Positions 1-10,963 of a DNA stretch of 64,000 nucleotides are shown here, piece by piece; the stretch's first letter is position 1, and every line of letters starts with the position of its first letter. The position numbers and the translations under genes were made by a program. The stretch covers positions 16,363-80,362 of the forward strand of contig CAWENW010000009.1 of NCBI GenBank assembly GCA_963810535.1. The letters run 5' to 3'. A model generated the notes under the pieces. It made no database searches. It was not told the origin of the DNA and saw only the letters and a program-made list of their open reading frames with translations. This DNA comes from an uncultured Chloroflexia bacterium. GTDB taxonomy: Bacteria; Chloroflexota; Ktedonobacteria; Ktedonobacterales; JADMIN01.

Positions 1-2
1 GC

Positions 3-452
3 GGCAAGGGTTCTCCTGGCATACCCATCAATACGCTCTACACGCAGCCGACCCTCGCTTCACCCTCTTCGTCCAACACCTTGGAGAGCACCGAAAACCG
101 CGACACGCTCTACACCGTGGGCTGGCTCGATCTGAGCAAAGGGCCAATGGTGTTGCACGTGCCGGACATGGCGGGCCGCTACTACGTCGTCGAGTTTCTC
201 GACCCGTGGGGGACGGTCTTCGCCTATGTGGGCCGGCGCACCACCGGGACAGAGGCCGGTGACTACCTCATCAGCGGACCGGGCTGGAAGGGAGCGGTGC
301 CGGCTGGAGTGAAGCAGATCGTCTCGCCGGACAACACGGTGGGGCTGATTGGACGCACGCTCGTCTACAGTGACAGCGACCTTGCCACCGCCTACGGGCT
401 GGCGAAGCAGATCCAGGTTACCCCACTGAGCCAGTGGCACTCCAGCCCGTAG
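3..452 (+). CDS. DUF1254-domain protein, 5' end outside window
   Basis: Frame is open from base 3 with no stop before the listed TTG at 81. Motif run NRDTLYTVGWLDL..PMVLHVPD..GRYYVVEFLDPWG..VGRRTTG..GDYLISGPGWKG resembles the DUF1254 signature as I recall it. Confidence 0.6.
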   Translation, partial: GKGSPGIPINTLYTQPTLASPSSSNTLESTENRDTLYTVGWLDLSKGPMVLHVPDMAGRYYVVEFLDPWGTVFAYVGRRTTGTEAGDYLISGPGWKGAVPAGVKQIVSPDNTVGLIGRTLVYSDSDLATAYGLAKQIQVTPLSQWHSSP

Positions 453-562
453 CAGGCCAGTGGCATGGCGTCTCTCGCCGACCCGTATGAGGGCGTGTCC
501 GAACGAACGTAGGTATCGTGCCTCCCTGTGAGCGGAGGCGCAGGTATAGTGAGGAGTTTCCG

Positions 563-979
563 ATGAAGCGACCTGTAGGCGTCACCATTCTCGCGGTTAT
601 CGGCATTATCTATGGCATCTTCAGTCTGCTCCTAGCACTCCTGGGACTGCTAGGTTCAGCTCTTCTCGCATCCGGTACATACGGTGCGGCTGTCAAGTAC
701 AGTGCGGGGACACTGGCCTACGCGACGATCTCGGATGCCGTCCTTGGCATCCTGTACCTCGCCTTCGGCATTGGCGCCTTCCAGCTGAAGGGCTGGGCCT
801 GGACCACGGGCGTCGTCGCGCTCGTATTGGATATTCTCAGGAACATTGTGTCGCTCGTCATCCGGGGATTCAGTGCCGGTTCAATCGTTGTCCCCATCGT
901 TACCATCGTGATTGCCCTCGTGCTGCTCTGGTATCTCTTCCGCCCGAACGTGCGCGCCGCCTTCGGGAAGGCAGGCTAG
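563..979 (+). CDS. hypothetical integral membrane protein
   Basis: ATG at 563 preceded by GAGGAG (551-556). Product MKRPVGVTILAVIGIIYGIF... has about 4 hydrophobic helices. The listed ORF start at 518 is probably too early. Confidence 0.6.
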   Translation: MKRPVGVTILAVIGIIYGIFSLLLALLGLLGSALLASGTYGAAVKYSAGTLAYATISDAVLGILYLAFGIGAFQLKGWAWTTGVVALVLDILRNIVSLVIRGFSAGSIVVPIVTIVIALVLLWYLFRPNVRAAFGKAG

Positions 980-1274
980 CCTCCTCATCGTGGCGGTGCA
1001 CCACCCGAGCGCCGCGGCGCTATCCCATCGATGAGATTGCCCCCGGCGCGACGTCCGCATCGCTCGCAGGGTAGAAAGCTCAAGATGCTGCTGTGATTAA
1101 AAACATGGCGAGCTCATTAGGTTTCTGTATGGAGCAATCCATTTGTACCACCAAGAGGCGGCTGTGCGATTGTCATACAATGGACTACAGAACAGCGCGG
1201 GGAGGTGAGATCCTGGGTACAGACAATGCGACGCCCAAGCGACAAGTGGGCAAGTAGCGAAGGAGTGACGTGCC

Positions 1275-1493
1275 ATGGGACTTGTGCTATTGGGAGGGCT
1301 GTTCACGGCCAACCGCGCCTCCGCAATCCTACTCGTCACCGGGGGGCTAGCCGTCGTCTATGGCGTGCTCGAGCTCGTCGGGATTGCGCCTCGAAGGAGC
1401 TTTATAGGCCGAAACCTCGATCCAAAGATCCAATCCCTTGTGATCGTGCTCATCGGCGTCGTGTTGGTGGTCCTCGGCCTCGTACTACGATGA
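1275..1493 (+). CDS. small hypothetical membrane protein (72 aa)
   Basis: AAGGAG 9 nt upstream of the ATG; two clear hydrophobic helices; G+C-rich third codon positions. Confidence 0.5.
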   Translation: MGLVLLGGLFTANRASAILLVTGGLAVVYGVLELVGIAPRRSFIGRNLDPKIQSLVIVLIGVVLVVLGLVLR

Positions 1494-1605
1494 AGATGCG
1501 GATGCTGGCACGGTCGGAAACCGTCCCCACCAAGCAATGAATTGCTGCGCTGATTCGGCACAGGCACAAACGGGAGCGTGCATGCGGGGAGTGTAGGGAG
1601 TACCT

Positions 1606-2550
1606 ATGAACGCTATCGAAACGAACCACTTGACCCGTACCTTCGGCAGCCTGGTGGCGGTGGACGACTTGACGCTTGCCATTCCAGAGGGAACCGTCTT
1701 TGGTTTCCTCGGGCCAAATGGCGCAGGCAAAACAACTACCGTGCGCATGCTCTCGGCCTTGATTGCCCCCACGCGTGGGAGCGCTACGGTAGCGGGCTAT
1801 CGCCTGGGCGAGAATAATGAGGCGATTCGGCAAGCTGTTGGGATCCTCACCGAGACGCCGGGCTTATATGACCGCCTCAGCGCCTGGCAAAACCTGTTGT
1901 TTTTTGCGGAGTTGTATGATCTCCCTGCCAATCGCGCCGCCGCGCAGGTTGAACGCTACCTGCGTCTGCTCGACCTCTGGGAGCGGCGCGGTGACAAGGT
2001 GGGGGGCTTCTCGAAAGGCATGCGGCAGAAGCTGGCGATTGCACGCGCCTTGCTGCATGAACCCAAGGTAATCTTCCTCGACGAGCCAACGGCTGGCCTC
2101 GATCCGGAAGCGGCGCGGGTGGTGCGCGACTTCATCAAAGAGTTGCGGGCCGAGGGACGCACCATCTTTCTCACTACGCATAATCTGCCTGAGGCCGATG
2201 AACTCTGCGATCTGATCGGGGTGTTTCGCTCGCAGCTCCTGCGCCTGGGCACCCCAGCGAATCTACGTTCCGGCATGTTTGGCTCGGGGACACAGGTGCG
2301 GGTCGTCGGAGACGCGGCGCACTGGATCGAGACCGCCCGTGCGCTGTCCTTTGTCCGGGATGCGACGGCCGAAGACGGCACCCTCTCCGTCAGTCTCGCT
2401 GATCCCGATGAGCAGAATCCTGAGTTGGTACGGGCACTCGTGCAGGCAGGTGCACACATACGCTCGGTTGAACCAACCTCCCATTCCCTCGAAGAGGTGT
2501 ATCTGGACTTGGTGGAGCATGAGCCGGAAGCGGCGGCAGTCCGCCACTGA
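1606..2550 (+). CDS. ABC transporter ATP-binding protein (ABC-2 exporter type)
   Basis: Walker A GPNGAGKTT, signature FSKGMRQKLAIA, Walker B IFLDEPTAGLD, H-loop TTHN. Confidence 0.93.
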   Translation: MNAIETNHLTRTFGSLVAVDDLTLAIPEGTVFGFLGPNGAGKTTTVRMLSALIAPTRGSATVAGYRLGENNEAIRQAVGILTETPGLYDRLSAWQNLLFFAELYDLPANRAAAQVERYLRLLDLWERRGDKVGGFSKGMRQKLAIARALLHEPKVIFLDEPTAGLDPEAARVVRDFIKELRAEGRTIFLTTHNLPEADELCDLIGVFRSQLLRLGTPANLRSGMFGSGTQVRVVGDAAHWIETARALSFVRDATAEDGTLSVSLADPDEQNPELVRALVQAGAHIRSVEPTSHSLEEVYLDLVEHEPEAAAVRH

Positions 2551-2575
2551 GCACAAAGAAAGGGCATGACCTCGT

Positions 2576-3340
2576 ATGCGCAAAGTCTGGGTGATCTTGC
2601 GGAAAGAGTTCCTCGACATGCTCCAGCAGCGGACCCTGCTGTTCACGATTCTCCTGCCGCCGCTGCTGTTTGTGGTGATTCCCCTCTTCTACTTACAGCT
2701 AGTGGGAAGTGGGTCAAGAGCCAGTTCGCTGAAAGTGCCGTCCCTCCAAGGGTTGACTTTGCACGAGTACGCACAGGCACTGGTCGGAACGACGTTCTCC
2801 AATATCTATATTCTGCTGTCGATGATCGTGCCCAGTACGATTGCCGCCTACAGCATCATTGGAGAGAAGAGCAGCCACACGCTCGAGCCGCTGCTGGCAA
2901 CACCTGTGCGGCGGTGGCAATTGCTGGCGGGCAAGATTCTAGCGGCTTTGCTGCCTGCTGTGCTGCTCACGTGGATGAGCGGCGGTCTGTTCATCGCGGA
3001 ACTCGCGATCTTCACGGATGCGAATGTCGTCTCCCATGTCGTCACACAGGGCTGGCTCATCCTCTTCATCGCCGGTACACCGCTACTCGGGCTGATCGCG
3101 GTTGCCATCATGACGGCCATTTCGTCCCGGGTCAACGATACCCGCACAGCGCAACAGCTCTCAGTATGGGCGGTGGTTCCCATCATCGGGATCGTCCTCG
3201 GCGAGCTCTCCGGCCAGTTTGAGCTAACAGTGCTCGTGGCCATCATTGCCACCGTAATCCTGATCCCGGTCGCGATCCTCTCGATCTGGGGTGCCGCTCA
3301 GCTGTTTCAGCGCGAAGCCATTCTGACACGCTGGAAGTAG
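2576..3340 (+). CDS. ABC-2 type transporter permease
   Basis: Follows the ATPase after a 25-nt gap. 254 aa with about 6 TM helices and an N-terminal KEFLDMLQQR motif typical of ABC-2/NatB-like permeases. Confidence 0.8.
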   Translation: MRKVWVILRKEFLDMLQQRTLLFTILLPPLLFVVIPLFYLQLVGSGSRASSLKVPSLQGLTLHEYAQALVGTTFSNIYILLSMIVPSTIAAYSIIGEKSSHTLEPLLATPVRRWQLLAGKILAALLPAVLLTWMSGGLFIAELAIFTDANVVSHVVTQGWLILFIAGTPLLGLIAVAIMTAISSRVNDTRTAQQLSVWAVVPIIGIVLGELSGQFELTVLVAIIATVILIPVAILSIWGAAQLFQREAILTRWK

Positions 3341-3380
3341 GAGCGTCCGATACAAGCGACGCTATGCGCTCGCTGGACAT

Positions 3381-4886
3381 CTACAACTGTGGGCCATCGT
3401 TGACCGGATACTGGAGGGGAATGGCCGAAGTTCCAGACGATGTCAGCTCGCTCGCCAGCTGACGAACGGGCGCGTCCGCCACCAGCATAGACGGATTGAG
3501 CAGGTGAGCTTCGCTGCTCAACGCTAGCAATACCCCAAAGCGCTCGAAATACTCCACTTGCCCGCCACCTGCCGCCATGGTAGCCTGTATCAGACACCCT
3601 GCCGAGATGTTCGGTCCGGAGACAAACCGCACCTCGGCGTATTGAGCTCTCTCACTGGAGCTCAGGTACTCGGCAAAGTAGGACTCTGCCGCAGAACAGG
3701 CGGGATCGACCAGGATACGCTGCGTGGGATCAGCAACACTGGGCGTGAGCAGGTGTGTGCCAATATAGAGCTGCACTCGCCACGACCCGTCCTGCCAGCG
3801 CGCGCCGATGAGCAGTGCCTCGTCGTAAAAGGCATCCTCTCCAGAGGCGAGAGTTTGCTCTGGGTAAGCAGGTTCGCCCGCATTACTTTTGTAGTCTCGC
3901 CACATCTGCACTCCAGCAATTGCCAGCCACTGGTCGGGTGGCAGCTTTGATCCCACCGACTGGCGCTCATTGTAGTCAAGTGAGCAGATCGGAAAGCATT
4001 GATTTGGCATGAGACTGCAGTTTAGCGCCGCCGAGTGCAAATCAAGCTGGCAGATAGGTCTTGATCCTTGAGCATCCAGCTGCACCTGGGTCGCGGCGGT
4101 ATAGGTGCCGTCATCCACCCCAGGTCCTCCCAGGTAGACTGGCTCGCCAGCGTATACCGGACTACTGTCCACGACCGTGCTGAGAGTAGCCTGTATGCTG
4201 GCTTCGAGGGACGCATAATTGGCTGGCAGCAGGTCCCCGGAGTCGTCTCCAAGGCGCAAAATTTGCGCGGCTGGCTCACCGGGAATACGAGCAATGCCTT
4301 CGAATGCGGCGGGACAGGTATCGTCCGACGCCACAGGTACCGAGAGGACACATTGCTGTACGGGAAACGGGGCTGCTTGCCACGAGATAATATGACGGCC
4401 AGAAGCAAGCAGCAATGGGGGCTGGGAACCGGGTTCCCCAGCCGACACCCGGTGACCATCCACCAGCATGGTCGTCCAGGGTACATCAGGATCAACATAC
4501 AACCGATTGGAATCGGAGAGTACCACGGTGCGCGATTGGGAGCGAGCGGGCGCTCCCGAGTGCAGTGCGGGTCGAACGACGAAGACCGCTACAGCCAGGA
4601 CGGCGACGAGCGGCACTATAGCAAGCGGCCAGAAGCGCGATCGCCAAGTCAGTCTGCCAGCTCTTAAGGATCGGGCCCGGGCATATGCCAAACCTTGCGC
4701 AGAGCTAGCGGCGTCCGATGGTGGGTCTTCACGCACGGACGCTTTGCTGCGCTGCGACCGCAGGGAGTCTTGGGCCAACATATGCAACGCCTCAATACGA
4801 CGTTGGCGTTCCGACTCTCCACGCTCTCTCCACTCGTCCTCGAGACCGCCGTCAGGCTGCCCAGCTGGATCATCTGGCTGGCTCAT
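3381..4886 (-). CDS. hypothetical protein, charged N-terminus plus one TM helix plus large extracytoplasmic domain
   Basis: 501-aa uninterrupted ORF with a TM segment (WPLAIVPLVAVLAVAVFVV). No family recognised. Confidence 0.6.
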   Translation of the reverse strand: MSQPDDPAGQPDGGLEDEWRERGESERQRRIEALHMLAQDSLRSQRSKASVREDPPSDAASSAQGLAYARARSLRAGRLTWRSRFWPLAIVPLVAVLAVAVFVVRPALHSGAPARSQSRTVVLSDSNRLYVDPDVPWTTMLVDGHRVSAGEPGSQPPLLLASGRHIISWQAAPFPVQQCVLSVPVASDDTCPAAFEGIARIPGEPAAQILRLGDDSGDLLPANYASLEASIQATLSTVVDSSPVYAGEPVYLGGPGVDDGTYTAATQVQLDAQGSRPICQLDLHSAALNCSLMPNQCFPICSLDYNERQSVGSKLPPDQWLAIAGVQMWRDYKSNAGEPAYPEQTLASGEDAFYDEALLIGARWQDGSWRVQLYIGTHLLTPSVADPTQRILVDPACSAAESYFAEYLSSSERAQYAEVRFVSGPNISAGCLIQATMAAGGGQVEYFERFGVLLALSSEAHLLNPSMLVADAPVRQLASELTSSGTSAIPLQYPVNDGPQL

Positions 4887-5309
4887 AGCATCTCCTGCAT
4901 CTGTCTGTCAGACGCCCATCAGTCTTCTCCGAGGCAAATTGCCGGTCCCAGTCCAGTGTGAAGAGCGACGTGCAGACCAGCCATCAGTGCAAGAGCACAT
5001 GCCTAAGGCTCCCCCGCGCTACTCCGTAGCTTTCATAATACCTGATACTACCTGCGATCGTCAGCCTGAGTCCTAACGCAGTGACAATTTGGATCTTATA
5101 CCAAGTCCACGTACACAGGTGTAGAATAGAGCATGTCGACCAACCGTCTGGTAGCTCATGCGTGGGCTCAAGACTTATCGGCTGGCGCATGCCGGCGAAA
5201 CACGCTGCCATCATGTGGATCGATGTCACGGTCCGATCTCAGCTGCGCAATATTAGTGTCATTTCCCTAGATCGCCTATCGGCTCACGATTCGTGAGGAC
5301 CATTGACTC

Positions 5310-6056
5310 ATGTCCTATCCCGCAGCCTTTCTGGAACTTCAGGTTCGCTTCGCGTGCCGGCTCGCCAAGTTGTCTGGTCAGCCACTCAGTGAGGTGGTCC
5401 TGCACCACACAGCCCTCTATCGCATTCTGGGACTGGATTGGAGCTTAGATCCACACCATCTCGTGTGGCAGCAGTTCGTCAGCCAATTGGGTACCGATGG
5501 CTCGGGCATTGATCTGGCCTATCGGGTGTATGAGGAGCGCCGCAAGCAGGGTCGCATCCCTGACCACGACATGAGCCGTCCTCACTGGGGATGCTTCTCG
5601 TACGAGCATCACCTTGACGAGCAAGCCGTCCGCATCCACTTCTCCAACTGTGATACGACCGGCTTAGGACCGCTCAGCTCACAGCGTCGGATTGCCCGCC
5701 TGGCAGAGTTGCAGGCGATGTTCGCACATATTCGGCACGTACATCCAGAAGTCACGCTCGTCCGGGGTGGCTCGTGGTTATATAACCGTGAGGCCTATCT
5801 CCGGCTGTTTCCGCCAAGCTTCCGCGAGTCCGCCCGCGTGGACGATCCCCATCTGATCGCACGGGGACTCTGGGGGCAGTTCCTTCGCCACGGCAACCAC
5901 TTGAACGAGGAGGTCTCGGCACGCTTCACCGATCGCCTAGTCACACTATCTGATGCCGCCGAGTATGCGAGATGTTTTCCCTATCAAGTGCTGCTCACGC
6001 AAGCCCCGATCGTCGACTTCTACGCATTCTATGGTGTCAACCCGCCACCTGGATGA
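5310..6056 (+). CDS. hypothetical protein
   Basis: 248-aa ORF with an ATG start and normal-looking composition. No family recognised. Confidence 0.55.
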   Translation: MSYPAAFLELQVRFACRLAKLSGQPLSEVVLHHTALYRILGLDWSLDPHHLVWQQFVSQLGTDGSGIDLAYRVYEERRKQGRIPDHDMSRPHWGCFSYEHHLDEQAVRIHFSNCDTTGLGPLSSQRRIARLAELQAMFAHIRHVHPEVTLVRGGSWLYNREAYLRLFPPSFRESARVDDPHLIARGLWGQFLRHGNHLNEEVSARFTDRLVTLSDAAEYARCFPYQVLLTQAPIVDFYAFYGVNPPPG

Positions 6057-6281
6057 CGTCATGCCTGCTTCGGCGCAAGCAATCGGCAGGAGGCATGGCA
6101 GCGAGCCATGTGAGGGCCTGCTCGGCCAACTCGATAACATCCGCATACCGCCTGGTTAGCGGCGACCGCCGCTCGGGCCGAGTTGCAATTGTCGGCGCGG
6201 TATGGCCTACTCACTATCGTGGCGGAGAGGCAATTGGAGCCTTACGCCCGTCGGTAAGACACAAGAGGAAGGCTTTTTTTC

Positions 6282-6794
6282 GTGGCAAAACAATACAGCC
6301 GTCAACCGGCAATGCAAATTGACCCGAGCAAGCACTATACCGCGACGTTCCATACCAACCGAGGCGACTTTACCGTCGAGCTGTTTGCCAAGCAAGCTCC
6401 CTTAACCGTCAACAACTTCGTCTTCTTGGCACGCGACGGGTTTTACAACGGCACGACGTTCCATCGGGTGCTGCGCGACTTCATGGCACAGGCAGGCGAT
6501 CCCACCGGGACAGGACGCGGCGGCCCCGGCTATCAATTTGCCGACGAAGCGGGAGCGCTGGCGCTCAAGCACGACGGTCCAGGCATTCTGTCCATGGCCA
6601 ACGCCGGGCCGAATACAAACGGCTCCCAGTTCTTTATTACGTTTGAGCCGACGCCCCACCTCAACGGAAAGCATGGGGTATTCGGTCGAGTGGTCTCGGG
6701 GATGGATGTGGTGAAGTCGATCCGTCTGCGAGATCCGGACCGAGACCGCCAGCCCGGCGATACCATTGACAGCATCGATATCAGCGAGCAGTAG
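6282..6794 (+). CDS. peptidyl-prolyl cis-trans isomerase, cyclophilin type
   Basis: [42 protein letters not shown] and [12 protein letters not shown] are classic cyclophilin motifs. The start could instead be the ATG at 6312. Confidence 0.92.
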   Translation: MAKQYSRQPAMQIDPSKHYTATFHTNRGDFTVELFAKQAPLTVNNFVFLARDGFYNGTTFHRVLRDFMAQAGDPTGTGRGGPGYQFADEAGALALKHDGPGILSMANAGPNTNGSQFFITFEPTPHLNGKHGVFGRVVSGMDVVKSIRLRDPDRDRQPGDTIDSIDISEQ

Positions 6795-6844
6795 GATACG
6801 CGCTCGCCTGACGAGCGGACTGGTGCGCTGGAACGAGGAGACGA

Positions 6845-8437
6845 TTACTGCGCGATCTCGCTCTTAATCTGGCGCACCTTTTCCTCGGGCAAAATATCAA
6901 ACATGACCAGCAGGTCGGCCAGGGTGTATTCCAGTGCGGAATTGGCCAGATCCTGTTTGGTGCGACCCAGACTGGCGATCTGCTGGGGGGTCACCAGACC
7001 ACGGCTGACGAGCAGCGCCGCCAATAGCTGGTCGGGGCTTAGAAACTTGAAGAGGAGCGCCAGCTCGCCAAGCTTGAAGTCGATATCGACATTGGAGAGC
7101 ATCTCCTGCACGCCTCGTAGCGCTTCCAGTTTCTGCTCGCTGAGCAAGGACCCCTCTACCAGAACTGACCCGAGCGCCTCTTCGGTTGGCGTGGCTTTGC
7201 GAGCGGGGGGAGTAAAGGCGCTCTGCCGACTGGCGAATTCTGAGCCGGTTCCGGTGGACATCGCCACCGCGGGGGCATATTCGGTCGTGGTAAACGCGGC
7301 CTCCTGATCACCGGCGGACATCCCTTGGCTCCGCGTTACCATGGTAGGATTCGAGGTCTGGGAGAGACTTCTCCAGTCAAGCTCGCCAGCTCCAGGGGGA
7401 GTCCAGGAATCGAAGAGCTCGGGGGAGTCCCAGGCGACAGAGCTCGGCTGGGCGCCGGCTCTGCCCATCGCCTCGGGATTGCCGGCAACGCCGGTGCTTG
7501 TGCCGGCACTGCCCATCGACGTATAGGGTTGCGTCCCCAAGATGCCGAACTGGGAGGCATACGCCTCGCTTAGCCGGGCGGCGCGCTCTTCAAAGGATTC
7601 AACTGGCCGGTCTTCGGCCATCTGGTAGCTAAAGGCATGCGAAGGCGCGCCGGAGAATGGGAGGGACTGCGACTCGGAGGGCGGGGGCGGTACCGTCGCG
7701 GCGAATGGGTTCGTCGAGTATGGTTGAGCAAACGGCGAATCTTCAGATTCGTGTCCGATAGCTCCCAGTAGCTGCCCAGTCTCGATGAATGGATTGGAAG
7801 TGGCTGGATGGGCGAACGGGCTCGAGTCCTCGGGCATTTGCGGGACACTCAGCTGCGGCGCCGCCGGCAGAGACATGAATGGCGACGGAATGCCGAGCGC
7901 CGCGCCGATGGGTGGGATGTATCCAGGCTGGCCCGCGGACAACAGCGAGATGGAAGGCTGCGCAAACGGCTGGGGAAATGGATCCGCCATCACCGTGAGT
8001 GCTGGGCTCGCCACTCGCCCCCGCACGCCATCGATGATAACCTGGAATTCGTGGGCGCCGTGAACTTCTACGTCGGCCATGGCACGGGCCGATGGCTCGA
8101 AATCGGCGTCGAAAATGCTTCCGGGAGCGGTGTATCGGAACGTCATCACCTGTATCGAGCGGCCGCGACGCGCTCCGTCGAGCGCTACCCAGAACTCGCG
8201 CCGGCCGGCGGTAGCGCCGCCCAAATCGATGAGTATCAGCGCTACCAGCTGCTTGGAAGTCACATCAAAAAGCTCGACTGGCGTGCGGGCCCCACGCACA
8301 TCATAGCCGGCTATTCGCAGCTGTGACAGCAGCGGCACAGCAATAGCATCGTCCCGTTCAAAAAGTACGACGAGCGGCGTCGTAGAGGATTGGGCATCCA
8401 TATCGAGGGCAGGTCCAGGCATCTGGAAAGTCGTCAT
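6845..8437 (-). CDS. hypothetical protein with receiver-like N-terminus, Pro/Ser/Ala-rich linker and T2SS-E N-terminal (MshEN)-like C-terminus
   Basis: 530-aa ORF. The N-terminal 120 aa resemble a CheY-like fold (VVLFERDD..LILIDLG). The C-terminal helical repeat (LLSEQKLEAL...LLVSRGLVTPQQIASL) resembles GspE_N domains. Domain calls are from memory only. Confidence 0.55.
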   Translation of the reverse strand: MTTFQMPGPALDMDAQSSTTPLVVLFERDDAIAVPLLSQLRIAGYDVRGARTPVELFDVTSKQLVALILIDLGGATAGRREFWVALDGARRGRSIQVMTFRYTAPGSIFDADFEPSARAMADVEVHGAHEFQVIIDGVRGRVASPALTVMADPFPQPFAQPSISLLSAGQPGYIPPIGAALGIPSPFMSLPAAPQLSVPQMPEDSSPFAHPATSNPFIETGQLLGAIGHESEDSPFAQPYSTNPFAATVPPPPSESQSLPFSGAPSHAFSYQMAEDRPVESFEERAARLSEAYASQFGILGTQPYTSMGSAGTSTGVAGNPEAMGRAGAQPSSVAWDSPELFDSWTPPGAGELDWRSLSQTSNPTMVTRSQGMSAGDQEAAFTTTEYAPAVAMSTGTGSEFASRQSAFTPPARKATPTEEALGSVLVEGSLLSEQKLEALRGVQEMLSNVDIDFKLGELALLFKFLSPDQLLAALLVSRGLVTPQQIASLGRTKQDLANSALEYTLADLLVMFDILPEEKVRQIKSEIAQ

Positions 8438-8612
8438 TTTCTACCGCATTCCCCCAAACGCTACTAGAGCTGTACAGCCGTCACGACACCTCACGGTTTC
8501 CTTCCAGGCAGTCTTTTCTCCCAGGCCAGTATAACATATGCGTATAGGGGCGGAGAAATCTCCGCCCCCATTTGACATAGGTCACCCGGCCGCCGCGCAG
8601 GTGCGTGTGGCC

Positions 8613-9698
8613 CTACTCCCACTTGAAGAAGCGCGCGGCAAGCAGTGAGCAGACGAGCGCCCACCCGGCCAGGACCAGCACGTCCACACCCAGCGGAAAC
8701 TGGGGCACGCTGCCTACCGCTACCTGCCGGAAGGCGTCTCCCAGGTAGGTAAGCGGCAGAGCATTGACGATTGGACTCAGGAAAGCGGGCAGAAACGCCA
8801 GCGGGAAGAAGACTCCCGAGAGGAAGAGCATGGGGAAATTGATTGCCTGTGAGATGCCGTTGGCGCTCTCCACCGTTCTGGCCACCGACGCGATCAGGTA
8901 GCCGAGCGAGATAAACATGATGGCGCCAAGCACCACCAATCCCGCCAGCACCAGCGGATTTCCGATGATCTGCACATTGAAGAACGTGATACTGATGGCG
9001 AGTATGATTGCGCACTGCACGACTCCAATGGTCAGACGGAAGAGGACCTGGCTCACCAGCAACTGCCAGCGCGGCAGCGGTGTGGCTCCCAGCCGGCGCA
9101 GCACCTGCTCCTGGCGCAGCGTAACCAGCGGTGCGACGGTGGCGAAGAGACCCAGCTGCATCAATGCCATAGCCATGATACCGGGAGCGAGATAGCTGAC
9201 GGAGTTGACGTTGTGGGCGACCACGCTCTGCACTTGCAGCGTCGCCGGAGGGGTATAGGGCGCAACGCTCTGATTAAACCCCGCCAGTACCTGTTGAACC
9301 AGCTGGTTCTCCACCTGAGAGCTGGCGTCATTGCTGCTGCCGGCATAGACCATCTGGACGGAGGCTGGGGTCCGCGTGCCCAGCTGGGCACCGAACCCGC
9401 TTGGGATCACGACCAGGATGTCGAGGTTGCCGTTCTTAATATCGGACATCGCCGCCGATTGCGATTCATGCTTGATCTTGAAAAAAGGCACTGAGAACGC
9501 CTCGGCCAATCGCTGGCTGCTCACGCTGTTATCGTGATTTACTAGCACGAGACTGTAGGAGATAGAACCCGTGTTTCCATAGATGAGGCCGAAGAGGACG
9601 ATAAATATCAGAGGAAAGGCGAATGTCCAGAACAGCGCCGCGCGATCCCGGACGAACTCTCTCACGTTGGCGCGGTAGAGGCTCCAAATCGTAGACAT
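8613..9698 (-). CDS. ABC-2 type transporter permease
   Basis: 361 aa: N-terminal TM helix, large loop, then 5 TM helices. Lies directly downstream of an ABC ATPase on the same strand. Confidence 0.8.
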   Translation of the reverse strand: MSTIWSLYRANVREFVRDRAALFWTFAFPLIFIVLFGLIYGNTGSISYSLVLVNHDNSVSSQRLAEAFSVPFFKIKHESQSAAMSDIKNGNLDILVVIPSGFGAQLGTRTPASVQMVYAGSSNDASSQVENQLVQQVLAGFNQSVAPYTPPATLQVQSVVAHNVNSVSYLAPGIMAMALMQLGLFATVAPLVTLRQEQVLRRLGATPLPRWQLLVSQVLFRLTIGVVQCAIILAISITFFNVQIIGNPLVLAGLVVLGAIMFISLGYLIASVARTVESANGISQAINFPMLFLSGVFFPLAFLPAFLSPIVNALPLTYLGDAFRQVAVGSVPQFPLGVDVLVLAGWALVCSLLAARFFKWE

Positions 9699-9754
9699 AG
9701 CGAGCTTCTTTCTACTTCCGATGTATTTTTCTGTTTCCCAGTATCAACGGGAGG

Positions 9755-10702
9755 CTAGTCTCGCAGCGCACGTCCCGTGATCTTGAGGAAAACGTCTTCA
9801 AGCGTGGCGCTCCGTACGTTGAGGTCATTGAGAGAGCTGCCGCCCGTGCCGGAAGGACCAGCATCTAAAAGCGCCGCCATGGTTTTGGGGACGTCGGAGC
9901 TGTAGAGGGCCACATGGCCGTCCTCGCTGCTTGCGTGCGTGACGCCTGGTATATTGCGATACGCGTCGGCTCCGCGATGATCCGGGTCAAGGAATTCGAT
10001 GGCGATATCTTTGAAGTAGCGGTGGATCAGCTCGTTGGGTGAGCCGGTTTCGATAACGTGCCCGTGATCCACGATGGCGACGCGATCGCAGAGCTTCTCC
10101 GCCTCTTCCATATAATGGGTGGTCAGCATCAGCGTCTTGCCCTGGTGGCGAAGACTCTGCAGCACATCCCAGAGCTGGCGGCGGGCCTGTGGATCAAGTC
10201 CGGTAGTGGGCTCGTCAAAGAACACGATATCAGGATCGTTGACCAGGGCCAACGCCACGCTCAGCCGCTGCTTCTGTCCGCCGGAAAGCTCTTTGCTGCG
10301 GGTGTGTCGCTTCTCTCCCAGGTCCACCATATTGATCAACTCTTCGGTGGAGAGCGTCTTGCGTCCACGATAGAACTGGTGGAACAGGTCAAGGAGCTCG
10401 GTGACGGTGAGCCGGGGATAGAGCGCGGTCGTTTGCAGCTGAATGCCTATTCGCGTCTTTATGGCTACGGCGTCCTCCGGCTGGCGGAGTCCCAGTACAC
10501 TGATGCGCCCGGAATCAGGGGTGCGTAACCCTTCTATCATTTCAATGGTGGTCGACTTTCCTGCACCGTTCGGGCCCAGCAAGCCGAATATCTCGCCGTG
10601 GCGCACCTCGATAGTAATGCCGTCCACTGCCTTGGTCTGCCCGTATGTCTTGGACAGGTTCTCGGCGCTGATCGCCAAGGACTGGTCCGGATCAATGCTC
10701 AT
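9755..10702 (-). CDS. ABC transporter ATP-binding protein (DrrA-like)
   Basis: Walker A GPNGAGKST, signature LSGGQKQRLSVA, Walker B VFFDEPTTGLD, H-loop TTHY. Confidence 0.93.
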   Translation of the reverse strand: MSIDPDQSLAISAENLSKTYGQTKAVDGITIEVRHGEIFGLLGPNGAGKSTTIEMIEGLRTPDSGRISVLGLRQPEDAVAIKTRIGIQLQTTALYPRLTVTELLDLFHQFYRGRKTLSTEELINMVDLGEKRHTRSKELSGGQKQRLSVALALVNDPDIVFFDEPTTGLDPQARRQLWDVLQSLRHQGKTLMLTTHYMEEAEKLCDRVAIVDHGHVIETGSPNELIHRYFKDIAIEFLDPDHRGADAYRNIPGVTHASSEDGHVALYSSDVPKTMAALLDAGPSGTGGSSLNDLNVRSATLEDVFLKITGRALRD

Positions 10703-10963
10703 AATTACCTATGCCTCCTTCTCGCGAACAGAATAACACGCCCAGTCCCTCGCTGGCAGTATCGTAGGTCACGATGAAGGTCACTTCGCGTGTTTGCGTA
10801 CCAGTGACCAAAGTCATATTCGGGGCGTAGCTTGACAGGCCGCTTTACCACAAGACACACTTCACGGTGGCGGCCAAGGGGCACCACTGGGTGCCGCGAC
10901 CTCGACGACTCAAGAGCTTGGCGACAGTGTACGTAATATTTCAGGCGAAACGGGAGGCAACAC